Assembly (NCBI RefSeq): GCF_009914755.1
Contig: NC_060931.1
Length of the DNA stretch: 64,000 nt
Strand: one strand, 5' to 3'
DNA from: the human T2T-CHM13v2.0 reference genome, Homo sapiens
Below the pieces are notes generated by a model that saw nothing but the letters and a program-made list of their open reading frames with translations, did no database searches and was not told the origin of the DNA. Made by a program: the position numbers and the translations under genes. Position 1 is the stretch's first letter. The number at the start of each line of letters is the position of its first letter. This document shows, in pieces, positions 17,321 through 29,394 of the stretch.

Positions 17321-18930
17321 GAAATGCTTTTTCTACAATATCACTTGTACTTTACTATTTTTATTTTCTTGATTACTTCTGCTCTTTTAAGGATATAATG
17401 TGCTGTGACCTGAAATCATCTGAGTTTCAAACACTGTGTGAACATGGCCACCAGGACCTGATGAACTTTTTGTTTTTATTCTAAGCAAACTTTTTGGGCA
17501 TCTCCCTTCCGCATTCATTTTCTTGAATCCCAGTCCTCATGCTTTCTCTCCTGCAACAGGTGGCCAAATACATTGTCACTCCTGCTGCAAGACAGCCAGG
17601 AGATGTCTAAGCCAAGTTTTCACAAATAAATGTATTTAAAGGCTGAACCAAAACCTATGAGTATTTATTTTAGAATTCCTCCAAAGTTAGTGACTCCTAA
17701 TCATTTCTTTTCATTATAGAAAATAATTAGGCTTTATAGTACATGAAAGACTTGTCTACCTCAAACTGTTTAAGCAATTGTTTTCTAAAATGTTTATTAA
17801 TTACTTACATATAAATGCCAGTCACAAACTCTAAACAGCATGAGTTAGCTAGTATTAGAAAAGCCAAAAAACATTGCTACTTTTCTTAGTTCATTTTGCC
17901 TTTATGTGTATATCTGCTGAAGGTGTTGGACATATTAAAAATATTTTCCAGTAATCCCACTACTACTGTCTTCTTCACATGAGACTTGGGGAGCACAATT
18001 GGGAAATCTTTGGTCTAAGGGGTCTGTTGGTGGACCTCTTTACGTTGCCCTGACCCCAAAGAATGGCTACTGTGCTGTGTTGTGCAAACCCCAATATCAC
18101 CCCTCATAATAATATTATGATTATCTTTGGATGGGAAAGCTCTTTTCTATGACTAGTTGTCTCTGATTATTTTCTTATGTGGGAGATACAAATCAATAAG
18201 TGTCGCACTCCAAACTTGGGGATGTTTTTATAATATTACAACTGTATGATTTTAGAATATTATAATCTGAACTATAATACATGAATATAATGAAAAGCAA
18301 TACAGCCATTAAAATTTTAAAAAATATTGCAGGATATAAAATATTAGGTATATAACAGATTTTTGTTTTTTAAAGAATTCATGAATGTTACTTTTACGCT
18401 AAGGAGAAAACAATTTTAGGAGAAAATAAACACGTCATTAGTGTTGGTGGACAATAGAATGAATTTGAATTGCTGAGATGTTGACTCTCATATTAAGCCA
18501 AACTTAATGTACTTAGTCACAAAGTGAGGCAAAGGAGACTAAAAGACTTTCCATTTCCATATCAGAGAAAAGATCAATAGAAGGAGGATGAGAAGCAGAA
18601 GGAGAAGTCAGAAAAGAAAGGGAGCATGGCTGGAATAGTCTGGGGAGGAAAGGCATGCCAGGGCCCTGGGAGTTCCCAGATGAAGCAGGTACAGGGCAAT
18701 GACTCCTGAAGGTAAACTTCAGGGTTATGGTGTTTTCTCAGTCAAAATTCTTCCTGCACCCAACTAAATTTCACATCCAGCTCAATTATTGTAAAATCCT
18801 TGTCAAAACTGATTTCCTTTTCTCATGTCCACTCTGAATGAACCCTATCACCTGATCTTTAGTGTTGCACAGCCCCACAATTGCTTTCATCCCTCTTCTG
18901 TTCTGGGTTCCCTTTATGAAAGTTCAAATA

Positions 18931-19226
18931 GCTGGAGCACTGTGGCTCATGCCTGTAATCCCAACACTGGGAGACAGAGGTGAGATAATTGAGGCCAGGA
19001 GTTCAAAACCAACCTGGGCAACTTAACGAGACTCTGTCTCCACAAAAAAAAAAAAAAAAAAATTAAATTAGCCAGGTGTGGTGGTGGGCGCCTATAGTCC
19101 TAACTACTCAAGAGACTAAGACAGGAGGATCGGTTGAGCCCAGGAGTTCACGGTTACAGTGAGCAAGGATTGTGCCACTGCACTCCAGTCTGGGTGACAG
19201 AGAGAGATTCTGTCTCTTAAAAACAA
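18931..19226 (+). mobile_element. AluJ
   Basis: gaggccaggagttcaaaacc and ggaggatcggttgagcccaggagttc. TSD aaagttcaaata / aaagtacaaata. Confidence 0.94.
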
Positions 19227-21487
19227 AAAGTACAAATACGTTGAGGTGAGGTCACAGAGGGGGAGCAGTGCTAAGAGCTGTAAAGAAGATGTTCGTGTAT
19301 TTGAAAATATTTTTGAAAACATTTTTCAATTACCTAGCTCAAAAATTTTGTAGCTCAGTTACAAAAATTGCAGTAACTGAGTAATGTTTGTCAATCTCAC
19401 CAATCAGGCTTGTTCTCTAGCTGATGTTTGTAAGAAAATGAAGCTAAATATTAAGAAGAGTGCTCTTTGGAACTCTTCTAGGAATTTTTAGTAAAGACAG
19501 CCTGCATATCTCCATAGGATATTCCTCTAGAATCTTTCTCTGATACTGATTTCTCCTGACTTCTGACTATTAGACATCCACCCTCTTTCCATGTCTGTTC
19601 TGTATCATTCCTCCAGCCTGCCTATACACTCTGGCTCCAAAGATGCATGGGTCAGCTAAACTACTTGACCAAGGAATTGTATGTTTACAGGATTTAGTTA
19701 AAGGGCCTTCAGTGATCTGTACATCTGCATTATGTGTTGGTACTGCTGAACTAATGCCAACTTGTTTAATCTGTATGTTCTTGGAAATTTTGAAACAGCC
19801 TTTTGTTCTAATATTTTATGTGTCAAATTGTTCATCTATATGGCTAAAATGCTTTTTCATTTTTAATGAGCAAATTTTGCCTACTTAACAATCGAATACA
19901 TTTTGTTTAAAATACTTATAATGTCTCTACAAAAAAGTGAAGGATGATTATTTCATTTTTTTTCAGGCTGCTTAGGAGACTGGTTGCTTGATTGGACAAA
20001 TTTAGTGGAATAAGGCAAAAGCTACTTGGGGTACGATGCACCCTTTGTCCTAATTTCTGGCTCTCAAATCCATATAGGAAAACAAATTCTCACTGGCACT
20101 TTTATTAGTGTGCATGTGAATGATAAATTATTAAAATAGTTATTGAATATTCTCAGTTAGCCAGATCTATTCAGCTCTTCCAAAGCTAGGTAATAATATT
20201 TCTTCCACATTAAAGCCACATTTTAGAAGTGTCCTTGTCCTAATTTAATTCTGTGTGCCCTCTCTTCACAGACCTCTTTGAAACAAAGGCCCATGCTATA
20301 ATAGTTCCATTTTCTCTGTCCTAACCAGCTATTTTTTTTGTGCTATTACTTTTGTCTGTTGTTTTTACAATTGTTTTCATTTTACTCTAACCCTATAAAA
20401 GTCTCTTTAGCAAAGGATTTTATTTTTTAGAGGATTCTCTAGGAATGCTTATGGCTGTGAATCTAAATAACCAGATTTTTAAAATGGTTGTTGTCATTGC
20501 TGTTTGGCCATCTTAAGAAAATATAGCAATTCAGTTACTAGAATTATCATAAGGCAAAAGGATAAATTGGATATTTTTACTTTAGTGCAGTACATGAAAA
20601 TTGCCATAAAGAGCAACTCTGAAAATGAACTTAAATATGCAACTCTGTATCAATGCTGGAGATAGATTAGTGAGCACAAAAAGGAAAAAAATTTGCAATA
20701 TTTACCCCTAAATCAAAATTCAATATTCAATTTAGTATCAATAGTTGAAATATTGAAATATTATCAAATATGAATACTGAATTACCTAAATCAAATATTT
20801 GTAAATATTGAATTACTGGGGGCAAGTTGGAAGGAAATCTGAGAATGGGAACATCTAGTCTTCACTTTGCTTCATGCTTCTGTCTAAACCTGTGGGGAGA
20901 GCAAAGTTCTTTCCAGGACGTAATACAGAGTTGTGGGGACAAAAGGGAGAGCCTGGCATTCAGAAGATCACCTGCCATTTAGGGGCACAATAACTGAATG
21001 GAAGTAAAACAATTATTTGCATTAGCACTCTGCTCTATATTTTTCACCTCCAAATGGGCTGATAATTGAATTGGGAATAAAATGTGGGAGGAATAAGACT
21101 CATTCTGGCCTTGTGTTTTCCAATACAGTTTGCTGGAAACATGCATTTTTCTGGGATGTTAGGATGAGTGCTCAGATTAATAAAGTGTGCTTTGTTTCTC
21201 CTTTGGCTACAAATTCTTGTCTGTGTATTCCACAGGCCATTACCTCAGAGGAATGGTGGGTAAAAGGCATCTAGAACCCTTGTTCCTACCCCAAAGCCCT
21301 TCAAATGTCTTGCTGCCAAGCTTTTGCTCGTCCTATCTTCTCTAGCTGGAATGCCTATCAGTCCTACCCATTCGTTAGAGTCCCCTTCGATCACGAACTC
21401 TTCCCAACTCTTCCTTCCGTAAAGTACATACAACCTTATAGAATTTTTTCTGGTGACATTTACAAAACATTTTATTACATGTATTTT

Positions 21488-21784
21488 TATAAACTTTACT
21501 TTTCAGAGCTGTTTTAGGTTCACAGAAAAATTGAGCAGAAAAATACAGAGGTCTAATATACCGAGGTCCCTACCCCAGCCTTCCCCACTATCAACATCCA
21601 GCACCAAAGCAGTATATTTGTTATAATCCATGAACTTTCACTGACACATCATCATCATTTAAAGTTCATAATTTACATTAGGATTCACTCTTGGTATGGT
21701 ACATTCTATGAGTTTTTACAAATATATGATGATATGTATCCACCATCCTACTATCACAGAGAGTAGTTTCACGGCCCTAAAAAT
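21488..21784 (-). mobile_element. L1MC1/2-like 3' end, within an L2 remnant
   Basis: ttttaggttcacagaaaaattgagcagaaaa...tttacattaggattcactctt...agtttcacggccctaaaaat. Confidence 0.8.
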
Positions 21785-22841
21785 ATGTATTTATTCATTG
21801 TCTTGCTGCTTTTACTAGAATATAAGATTCCTAAGGGGAGAGGCTGAATTTTATTGATCACAATATTCCCTGCAGTGAAATATACAGTAGCCTGTGCAAA
21901 GTTAAGAATAAAAAATGTTAATGAATTGGTTGTTTGCAGTGACCATAATATAGAAAGAAAAGGCTGAAACTTGTATGCAGCTTAGATCTGTTGAAATGCA
22001 ACTGTGTTCCTTATAAAAACAACCCACTGATCCTTATCAACTGGAGAATAAAATTCTCTCACACCTCATTTAAAGCCTAGGTGGGACTCTCACAATGCCT
22101 GTGTCAGAGAATCAAGACTGTCCATTTCAAAATGAAACATTTTATATAACTTATCCATATTTTAAGGTTGTTGAAGCTAATCTATAAAAGGGAATAAAAT
22201 TACTGGAAAAATCTTTTACTTTTTACTTTCCTCCCACCTCATGCCTGCCACAGATCTGACCTTGACATTTTATATTCCACAAAATGAAAAAGACTTGTTA
22301 TACATCTTCTGTAATGGCCTAAGTGCACAAAGATTATGCTGAAAAGATGATACCATTACGGAGCTTACTTGAGATGTAGCACAGGGATTTTGTTCCATGC
22401 AGCTTATGTTTTTTCCAATTATTTGTGGAAATATTTAGATATTCTGTACCTTTCAAATGCAAGACTACTCTCTCAAATCTCTAAGGGATTTAAAGTAAAT
22501 AAAGACAATCAGTTGCCTATTCTTAACGTAATAAAAATGTGTTTAATTTGGGGGTATTATATATGACAATTTAGTAAACAAAATCCCGTAGTTACAGCTA
22601 AATTAAACAAACTAAGCAAAAAGGGATAAATGTAAAGTCCTGAATAAAAGGCCAAAACTTAATGAAGAAAATATTACTTAACATTTGAAACATCACTTAA
22701 CTTTTTAAAACCTAGATATTATAGTTGATAATATACCCAAATTGAATGAACATTATTAAGCATCTTATAAAATCACTAATATATTTAAGAAACACATTCA
22801 TGGAAATGTAGTAACTGTGATGAGAGAGGAGGTAACTCTTC

Positions 22842-23019
22842 TGTATTAGGCCTGCACTGCCATAAAGAAATACCTGAGACTGGGTAACTTACAAGAAAAG
22901 AAGAATTGGCTCATGGTTCTGCAGGCTTTACAGGAAGCATGGTGCTGGCATCTGCTTCTGGAGAGGCCTCAGGGAGCTTCCAATCATAGAAGAAGGCAAA
23001 GGGGGAGCAGACACATCAC
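22842..23019 (-). mobile_element. MST (MaLR) LTR, partial
   Basis: tgtattagg...ataaagaaatacctgagactgggtaa...ggctcatggttctgcaggct...ggcctcagggagctt. Confidence 0.88.
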
Positions 23020-23253
23020 TACTAATGTATAGTAGTGTACTATACATTATTTCCATAAAATAACTATTCTGGTAAAACAAAATATACAAGTCATATGTGA
23101 GTTGAATTGATATTTTCTGGCCTACCATCAAAATATTTCATAATCCTATGTGTCACCTTTCTCAGTGCCATAAATATTAATGCTCTTTATTATGTTTTAT
23201 ACACATATTGTATATATATGTACATATACAATGTATATATGTATATAAACTAT

Positions 23254-23257
<4 letters not shown>

Positions 23258-23292
<35 letters not shown>
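23258..23292 (+). repeat. (TG)n microsatellite preceded by a TA-rich tract
   Basis: Perfect TG run. Confidence 0.97.
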
Positions 23293-23295
<3 letters not shown>

Positions 23296-25047
23296 GTGAG
23301 AGTGCGATCACCCAGACACTTCCCAAAGCATTTTAGCTTTTATATAACAATAATTACATTTCCTTTGGCAGGCACAGTTTTTTTTTTTTTAATGTCTCTG
23401 AAAAATTTTAAGCAGCACGTGGACTCCCAGAACATCCACAGGCCTCACCCCTCCCCATTATCTTTCTGTGAGCAAGTCACACATTTATGTTTCCTGTTAG
23501 GCATCTGTAGGAGTTTCAGTTTGCTGATCCCTTATCTACAGCATATCACCTATCACTCTTTCCTGTAGCTTAGTTCTTCCGTGTCCCCCTTAGGATCTGC
23601 TACCCTCTAAGCATCTTAAGGATATGGGCTATGTCTTATTCATTTTTGTATTCTCCAAAGTGCTTTACACAAAGGAGGCAGTCAATACAAATTTTTTGAA
23701 ATAATCTTCAAGAAAGTGGGAAGTGGCTTCAGCATATATAAAGAATATTCCCTGAACATTTAAAGAATCAAAAGTAAATGTCCTAGTTCATAAAAATAGT
23801 GTTTTAGAAATGTAGCATTCTTTGATAACAAAATAATTACTTCTTATTAAATTGCCAAAAATGCCAACAAAATAACTGGCATTCCTTAGTTTTATTTTTT
23901 CCTATAATCAAGATTTTTATTATTGGAGCCTAAGACTATTAGTTTTTCTTTAATTTTTATCAAAGTAACAAATGTACACACTTTAAAAAGTCAAATATTT
24001 CAATGACCATTCATTAAAAAAAATAGCCTCCCTGATATGTGTGAGTGTGTGTGTGTACATGTGTGTATGTGTTCATGTATTTTTACCTCAAGGTAATGAT
24101 AAAAATTTGATAAGAGCATGAAATGGACTCTGAAGACTGGGTTCAGAAAAGGGATTTAAAAAAAGGAAAGCGCATTTGAAACCTCAATCTCTTCAAATTC
24201 CATAACAATAAGTCCAAAAATAAGTCCTAGACCATTTTGAAAATGTCATTAGTGCGTGTCAGATTATCTTTTGTCCCAGGCAAGAAGGCAAACAAATAGC
24301 GAACACCCATCATATGCATGTCAGGTCACGTATAACCCATGAAAAATCATTTGGGGATCAAAGAGTTATTGTCGAATAACACAGACATTTGAAGGCATTC
24401 TTATCCCTACAGACTTTTAGATTACAAGGACAGAACCAATCATAGGCAAAATCACCAAATAAAGCTCTCGAACAAAGACTTACAACTCCATTAGAACCAG
24501 GCATGGAAAGGAAGTTTTCTTAACTAATGCAACCTATTTTGCTAGCCATGAAAATTTGGCATATTATCTTATTGTCTTTTACATCATTCAAATTACTTTT
24601 AAAAGAATGAAGATAACAACACAATGTAAATGTAAGTGTAAATGTAAAGGGTGTAAAATATATGCCTTGGTAACGATCTTACCAAGGATATTTTAGAATA
24701 TGCTTATATGTTACAAACATATATACAAGCAATGCTTCAAAAAGACGTTCTTAAACTTTGCCATGGATGATTTTCTTCTCATGACTTTACGTTTTAATGC
24801 CAAACTTTGTCTCTCATACATAAAAGAATCACCAAGACACTTAAAGAATCACCGTGATGGAGTTTGTGTCTATGACATCAGCATAGACAGATGAAATGTG
24901 ACAATAATTTATCAAAGAGTTTGGCTGGGTACCACACACACACTTCTAGAGAGCAATTTCTGTTCCTCAAATTGCAGTATTTTAGCTGCTTATTTTATAA
25001 CTTACCTTGATAGGCTATAAAATTAGAAAAAATTCAAATAAAACTCT

Positions 25048-25382
25048 CTGGGCACTGAGACTCATGCCCATAATTCCAGCACTTTGGGAGGCCCAGGCAG
25101 AAGAATCCTTTGAGGCCAGGAGAGTGAGATCATCCTGGGCACCTGCACAACACAGTGGGATCACATCTCTACAAAATATTAAAAAAAAAAATAGCCAGGT
25201 AACCAAGTGTGGTGGCACATGCCTGTAGTTCCAGCTACTAGGGCTAGGCTGAGATGGGAGGATTGATTGAGCTCAGGAGGTCAAGGCTGCAGTGAGCTGT
25301 GATTCCCCCACTGCACTCCAGTCTGGGTGGAGTGTGAGACTCTATCTCAAAAAAAAAAAAAAAAGAAAGAAAGAAAAAAAAA
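25048..25382 (+). mobile_element. AluJ
   Basis: Diverged dimer with gaggtcaaggctgcagtgagct and an A/GAAA tail. Confidence 0.92.
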
Positions 25383-25422
25383 CTTGCTATTTCTATTGTG
25401 TCAGATATCTGAAAGTTTATAA

Positions 25423-25764
<342 letters not shown>

Positions 25765-26294
25765 TAGTATGTTTTCAGTTTAAAAGTTAAACACAGAAAT
25801 AGCAAGCAGAGGATTTTAAAGTCACATTATTATTACACTTGATGATCGTAAAGGTGATAAAATCTTCTTAGAAAGACATGCAACATTCACATAAATATCA
25901 TGCTAATGTGTTTTCTTTATTACCATTAACTAGGTATAAATTCTTAATGAGAAAATACTTCTAATGCTTTTTATTTGCAAGCCTATGGAATTTATTAACT
26001 TCATCATATAGAAAATCTCTAAGGTGAGAAAATATCTCTTGATTATGTGTAGTTTGTCAACTCAGTGCACTTTACCGAGTCTATCTTTCGAGAATATGCA
26101 GCCAAACTGTAGAGGGAAGTTTTAATCAATAGAGGTGATTATAGCTGCATTTTATTTTCAATTAGAAATAGAAGTCAAGGTCAGTGATGTCTCCTTAGAC
26201 TCCTACCTTGTAAACGCTGATTTCAAGGCCAACTTTCATTCGTTCAGGAGCTGAGTAGCATTTCAGATTCTATCATGTGAGGAAGGCTGCACTA

Positions 26295-26480
26295 TGACTC
26301 TGAATAGTTTGCCTGGATTTAGTTTTTGGATCTGCTTCTTGCTAAGGGGGTGTAACTTCTCCATGCCTCAGTTTCATTATCACAAATAGTTTAATAAAGA
26401 ATATTATGTTGCATAATATTGTTTTGAGAATTAAATTTAATAATCCACATAAACTGATGGGATAACGTGCTATTCCAAAA
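26295..26480 (+). mobile_element. MIR fragment
   Basis: gcctcagtttcattat...ttgttttgagaattaaat. Confidence 0.55.
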
Positions 26481-26857
26481 GGTTTAGCTCCAACTTGAAT
26501 AAATTACCTTGGGGCAATTTCTGAGTCCTAAATACTTTGTAGTATACCCTAATAATTTTCACACAGCTCTTCTCCACAAATAGAAAGAAGTGAAGGGCCT
26601 TGGTGAAATACATATTTGTTAGTTATATTTTTTAATTAATAAAGATATTTTAATGAATTTCAGAAACTTGGTACTTTTAAAAAATTTCGATCTTTGCACA
26701 CAAATCACCACTATACTTTCTAGAACAGTGGAAGTTAGGACTTCAAGATTGTCACTTACCTCCTTGTGCCACATAGTGCAGAAATTCCTGACTCTGCCCC
26801 CCCACCCCTCTTATGGCCATGATTATCAATTACTCTGTTATTCTAGCAGGGGACAAT

Positions 26858-28262
26858 TGAGAGGTGACAGCGTACTGGCAGCTCTCGGCGCCTCCTCTGC
26901 CTGGGCTCCCACTTTGGCGGCACTCGAGGAGCCCTTCAGCCCACCGCTGCACTGTGGGAGCCCCTTTCTGGGCTGGCCAAGGCCGGAGCCCACTCCCTCA
27001 GCTTGCAGGGAGGTGTGGAGGGAGAGGCGCGAGCGGGAACCGGGGCTGCGCGCGGCGCTTGCGGGCCAGCTGGAGTTCCGGGTGGGCGTGGGCTTGGCGG
27101 GCCCGCACTCGGAGCAGCCGGCCGGCCCTGCTGGCCCCGGGCCGTGAGGGACTTAGCACCCGGGCCAGCGGCTGCGGAGAGTGTACTGGGTCCCCCAGCA
27201 GTGCCATCCCACCGGCGCTGCGCTCGATTTCTCGCCGGGCCTTACCTGCCTTCCCGCGGGGCAGGCCTCCGGACCGCAGCCAGCCATGCCTGAGCCTTCC
27301 CCCGCCTCCGCGGGTTCCTGTGCAGCCCGAACTTCCCCGAGGAGCGCCGCCCCCTGCTCCACGGCGCCCAATCCCATCGACCACCCAACGGCTGAGGAGT
27401 GTGAGCGCATGGCGCGGGACAGGCAGGCAGCTCCACCTGCAGTCCCGGTGCGGGATCCACTGGGTGAAGCCAGCTGGGCTCCATTCTGGTGGGGAAGTGG
27501 AGAATCTTTATGTCTAGCTCAGGGATTGTAAATACACCAATCGGCACTCTGTATCTAGCTCAAGGTTTGTAAACACACCTATCAGCACCCTGTGTTTAGC
27601 TCAGGGTTTGTGAGTGCACCAATCGACACTCTGTATCTAGCTGCTCCGGTGGGACCTTGGAGAACCTTTGTGTCCATATTCTGTATCTAACTAATCTGAT
27701 GGGGATGTGGAGAACCTTTGTATTTAGTTCAAGGATTGTAAAGGCACCAATCAGTGCCCTGTCAAAACAGGCCACTGGGCTCTACCAATCAGCAGGATGT
27801 GGGTGGGTCCAGATAAGAGAATAAAAGCAGGCTACCCCAGCCAGCAGTGGTAAACCGCTCGGGTCCCTTTTCACACAGTGGAAGCTTTGTTGTTTTGCTC
27901 TTTGCAATAAATCTTGCTACTGCTCACTCTTTGGGTCCATACTGCTTTTATGAGCTGTAACACTCACCGCGAAGGTGTGCAGCTTCACTCCTGAAGCCAG
28001 CGAGACCACGAGCCCACCGGGAGGAACGAACAACTCCAGATGCACCGCCTTAAGAGCTGTAACACTCACCGCGAAGGTCTGCAGCTTCACTCCTGAGCCA
28101 GCGAAACTACGAACCCACCAGAAGGAAGAAACTCCAAACACCCGAACATCAGAAGGAACAAACTCCAGACTCGCCACCTTAAGAGCTGTAACACTCACCT
28201 GGAGGGTCTGCGGCTTCATTCTTGAAGTCAGTGAGACCAAGAACCCACCAATTCCGGACACA
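26858..28262 (+). mobile_element. LTR12C (ERV9) complete solo LTR
   Basis: Starts TGAGAGGTGACAGCG and ends CCAATTCCGGACACA. 4-bp TSD caat at 26854-26857 and 28263-28266. CpG-rich 5' part, CCAAT enhancer repeats, three U5 repeats gagctgtaacactcacc. Confidence 0.97.
27500..27860 (+). promoter_or_regulatory. LTR12C U3 enhancer/promoter (NF-Y CCAAT boxes, GATA, TATA-like AATAAA)
   Basis: CCAAT at 27537, 27619, 27747 and 27785. GC/GT box gggtggg at about 27801, AGATAAG at 27811, AATAAAA at 27820. Activity not shown by sequence. Confidence 0.7.
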
Positions 28263-28719
28263 CAATGACAGAATTGGGTGGGATATTTAAGGAGATCAAC
28301 TGTCCACAAGCCAAGTATACTATACTAAAGTGAGAGGAAGATCCATCCAAAATTCATGCCACATACACTTTTAAATGCACTACATAATTTGGACCATATG
28401 TGAGTTTCTCTTTTGTATTCTTGTTTGATTCAGGGCAAAGCTACTGAATTAAGTTTCTAGTCCCTGAGGAGTTTAGAAGTTTGGCAAAGGTCAAAAGCTG
28501 AGAATTCCTGAAAATAAGACTGAGGAACCACAATGGAGAGCTGGGAGTTCACTGCAATGCATCTGAGGTGGGAGACAGGACATCTCATGAGGGCCTGGAG
28601 CACACCAGGCACTGGAGCTGGGGCTGTGGTAACAGCCGCTTCACCACCCTTCGTATGTTGAAGCTCTTGGGAATTCAGAACTAAACTCAAAATGTAAAAA
28701 CAGTGCCTTAATGACTGGC

Positions 28720-28818
28720 AAGAAAACCTGGGGTGTGGTAGCTTGCTAATCTAGGAAAACTTGGAGTGTGGTAGTTTGCTAATCTAAGAAAACCTGGGGT
28801 GTGGTAGTTTGCTAATCT
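28720..28818 (+). repeat. 33-bp x3 tandem repeat
   Basis: Units at 28720-28752, 28753-28785 and 28786-28818; consensus aagaaaacctggggtgtggtagtttgctaatct. Confidence 0.95.
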
Positions 28819-29011
28819 ATGATGTGTTTCTTCCTTCATCTTGATATTCTTAAATTCTTACATACCACTGAAAAAGCAAAGTGAACGTGGCAGTGAGGAA
28901 GAGAAAGAAGAGTGCATGTCTCACATCTGAGAAAGGCGCACTTTAGTCTGGCTTGAAGATGCAAGAATGTAAGAATGCTGCCTTACAGAAAAAAAAATCT
29001 TCCTCTCTTCT

Positions 29012-29102
29012 ATATATATATATAATTATACTTTAAGTTCTAGGGTACATGTGCACACCGTGCAGGTTTGTTACATATGTATACATGTGCCATGTTGGTG
29101 TG
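29012..29102 (-). mobile_element. About 90-bp L1PA 3'-end stub
   Basis: ttatactttaagttctagggtacatgtgcac...catgttggtgtg. 10-bp TSD cctctcttct at 29002-29011 and 29103-29112. Tail decayed to (TA)n. Confidence 0.92.
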
Positions 29103-29305
29103 CCTCTCTTCTTCAGCATTTAAGAGTTGGGCACTTTTCTTACCTGTGATCCCGAAAGAAACCCCTCAAGACCTATAAAGTCTATGTTCCAAGATCATCA
29201 GAAGTAACCAGCATTATGGACCGGGCTTATGCAGGGAAAATCTACCCCCGAGTCTATCTGGTAATGTACACAGCTGCATAAAAATATTAGTTCTGTTTTT
29301 TAGAG

Positions 29306-29394
29306 CAGGGTTGGCAAACTTTATCCATAAACGAGCATAAAACAAAGAACAGACTGCTGGGTTTGGCCTGCTGGTTGTCACTTGCCAATCCCTG
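29306..29394 (+). mobile_element. Internally deleted MER58-type MITE
   Basis: TIRs cagggttggcaa / ttgccaatccctg, flanked by ttttagag / ccttagaa. Confidence 0.7.

Noticed and set aside
19967-20030. Strong + strand acceptor ttttttttcAG as a coding exon
   Set aside because: Stops in all three frames and only a weak donor.
27953-28215. Three spaced copies of gagctgtaacactcacc
   Set aside because: Normal U5 repeats of LTR12.
26653-28309. Cluster of long overlapping GC-rich ORFs (up to 217 aa)
   Set aside because: They lie within LTR12C, where high GC suppresses stop codons. No coding evidence.
28720-28818. 33-bp direct repeats as a CRISPR-like array
   Set aside because: The units are contiguous with no spacers, the context is eukaryotic, and there are no cas genes.
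29117-29260. In-frame TGA in HLRVGHFSYL*SRKKPLKTY... as selenocysteine or a pseudogene exon
   Set aside because: No recognisable homolog or SECIS. A plain stop upstream of the ATG is simpler.
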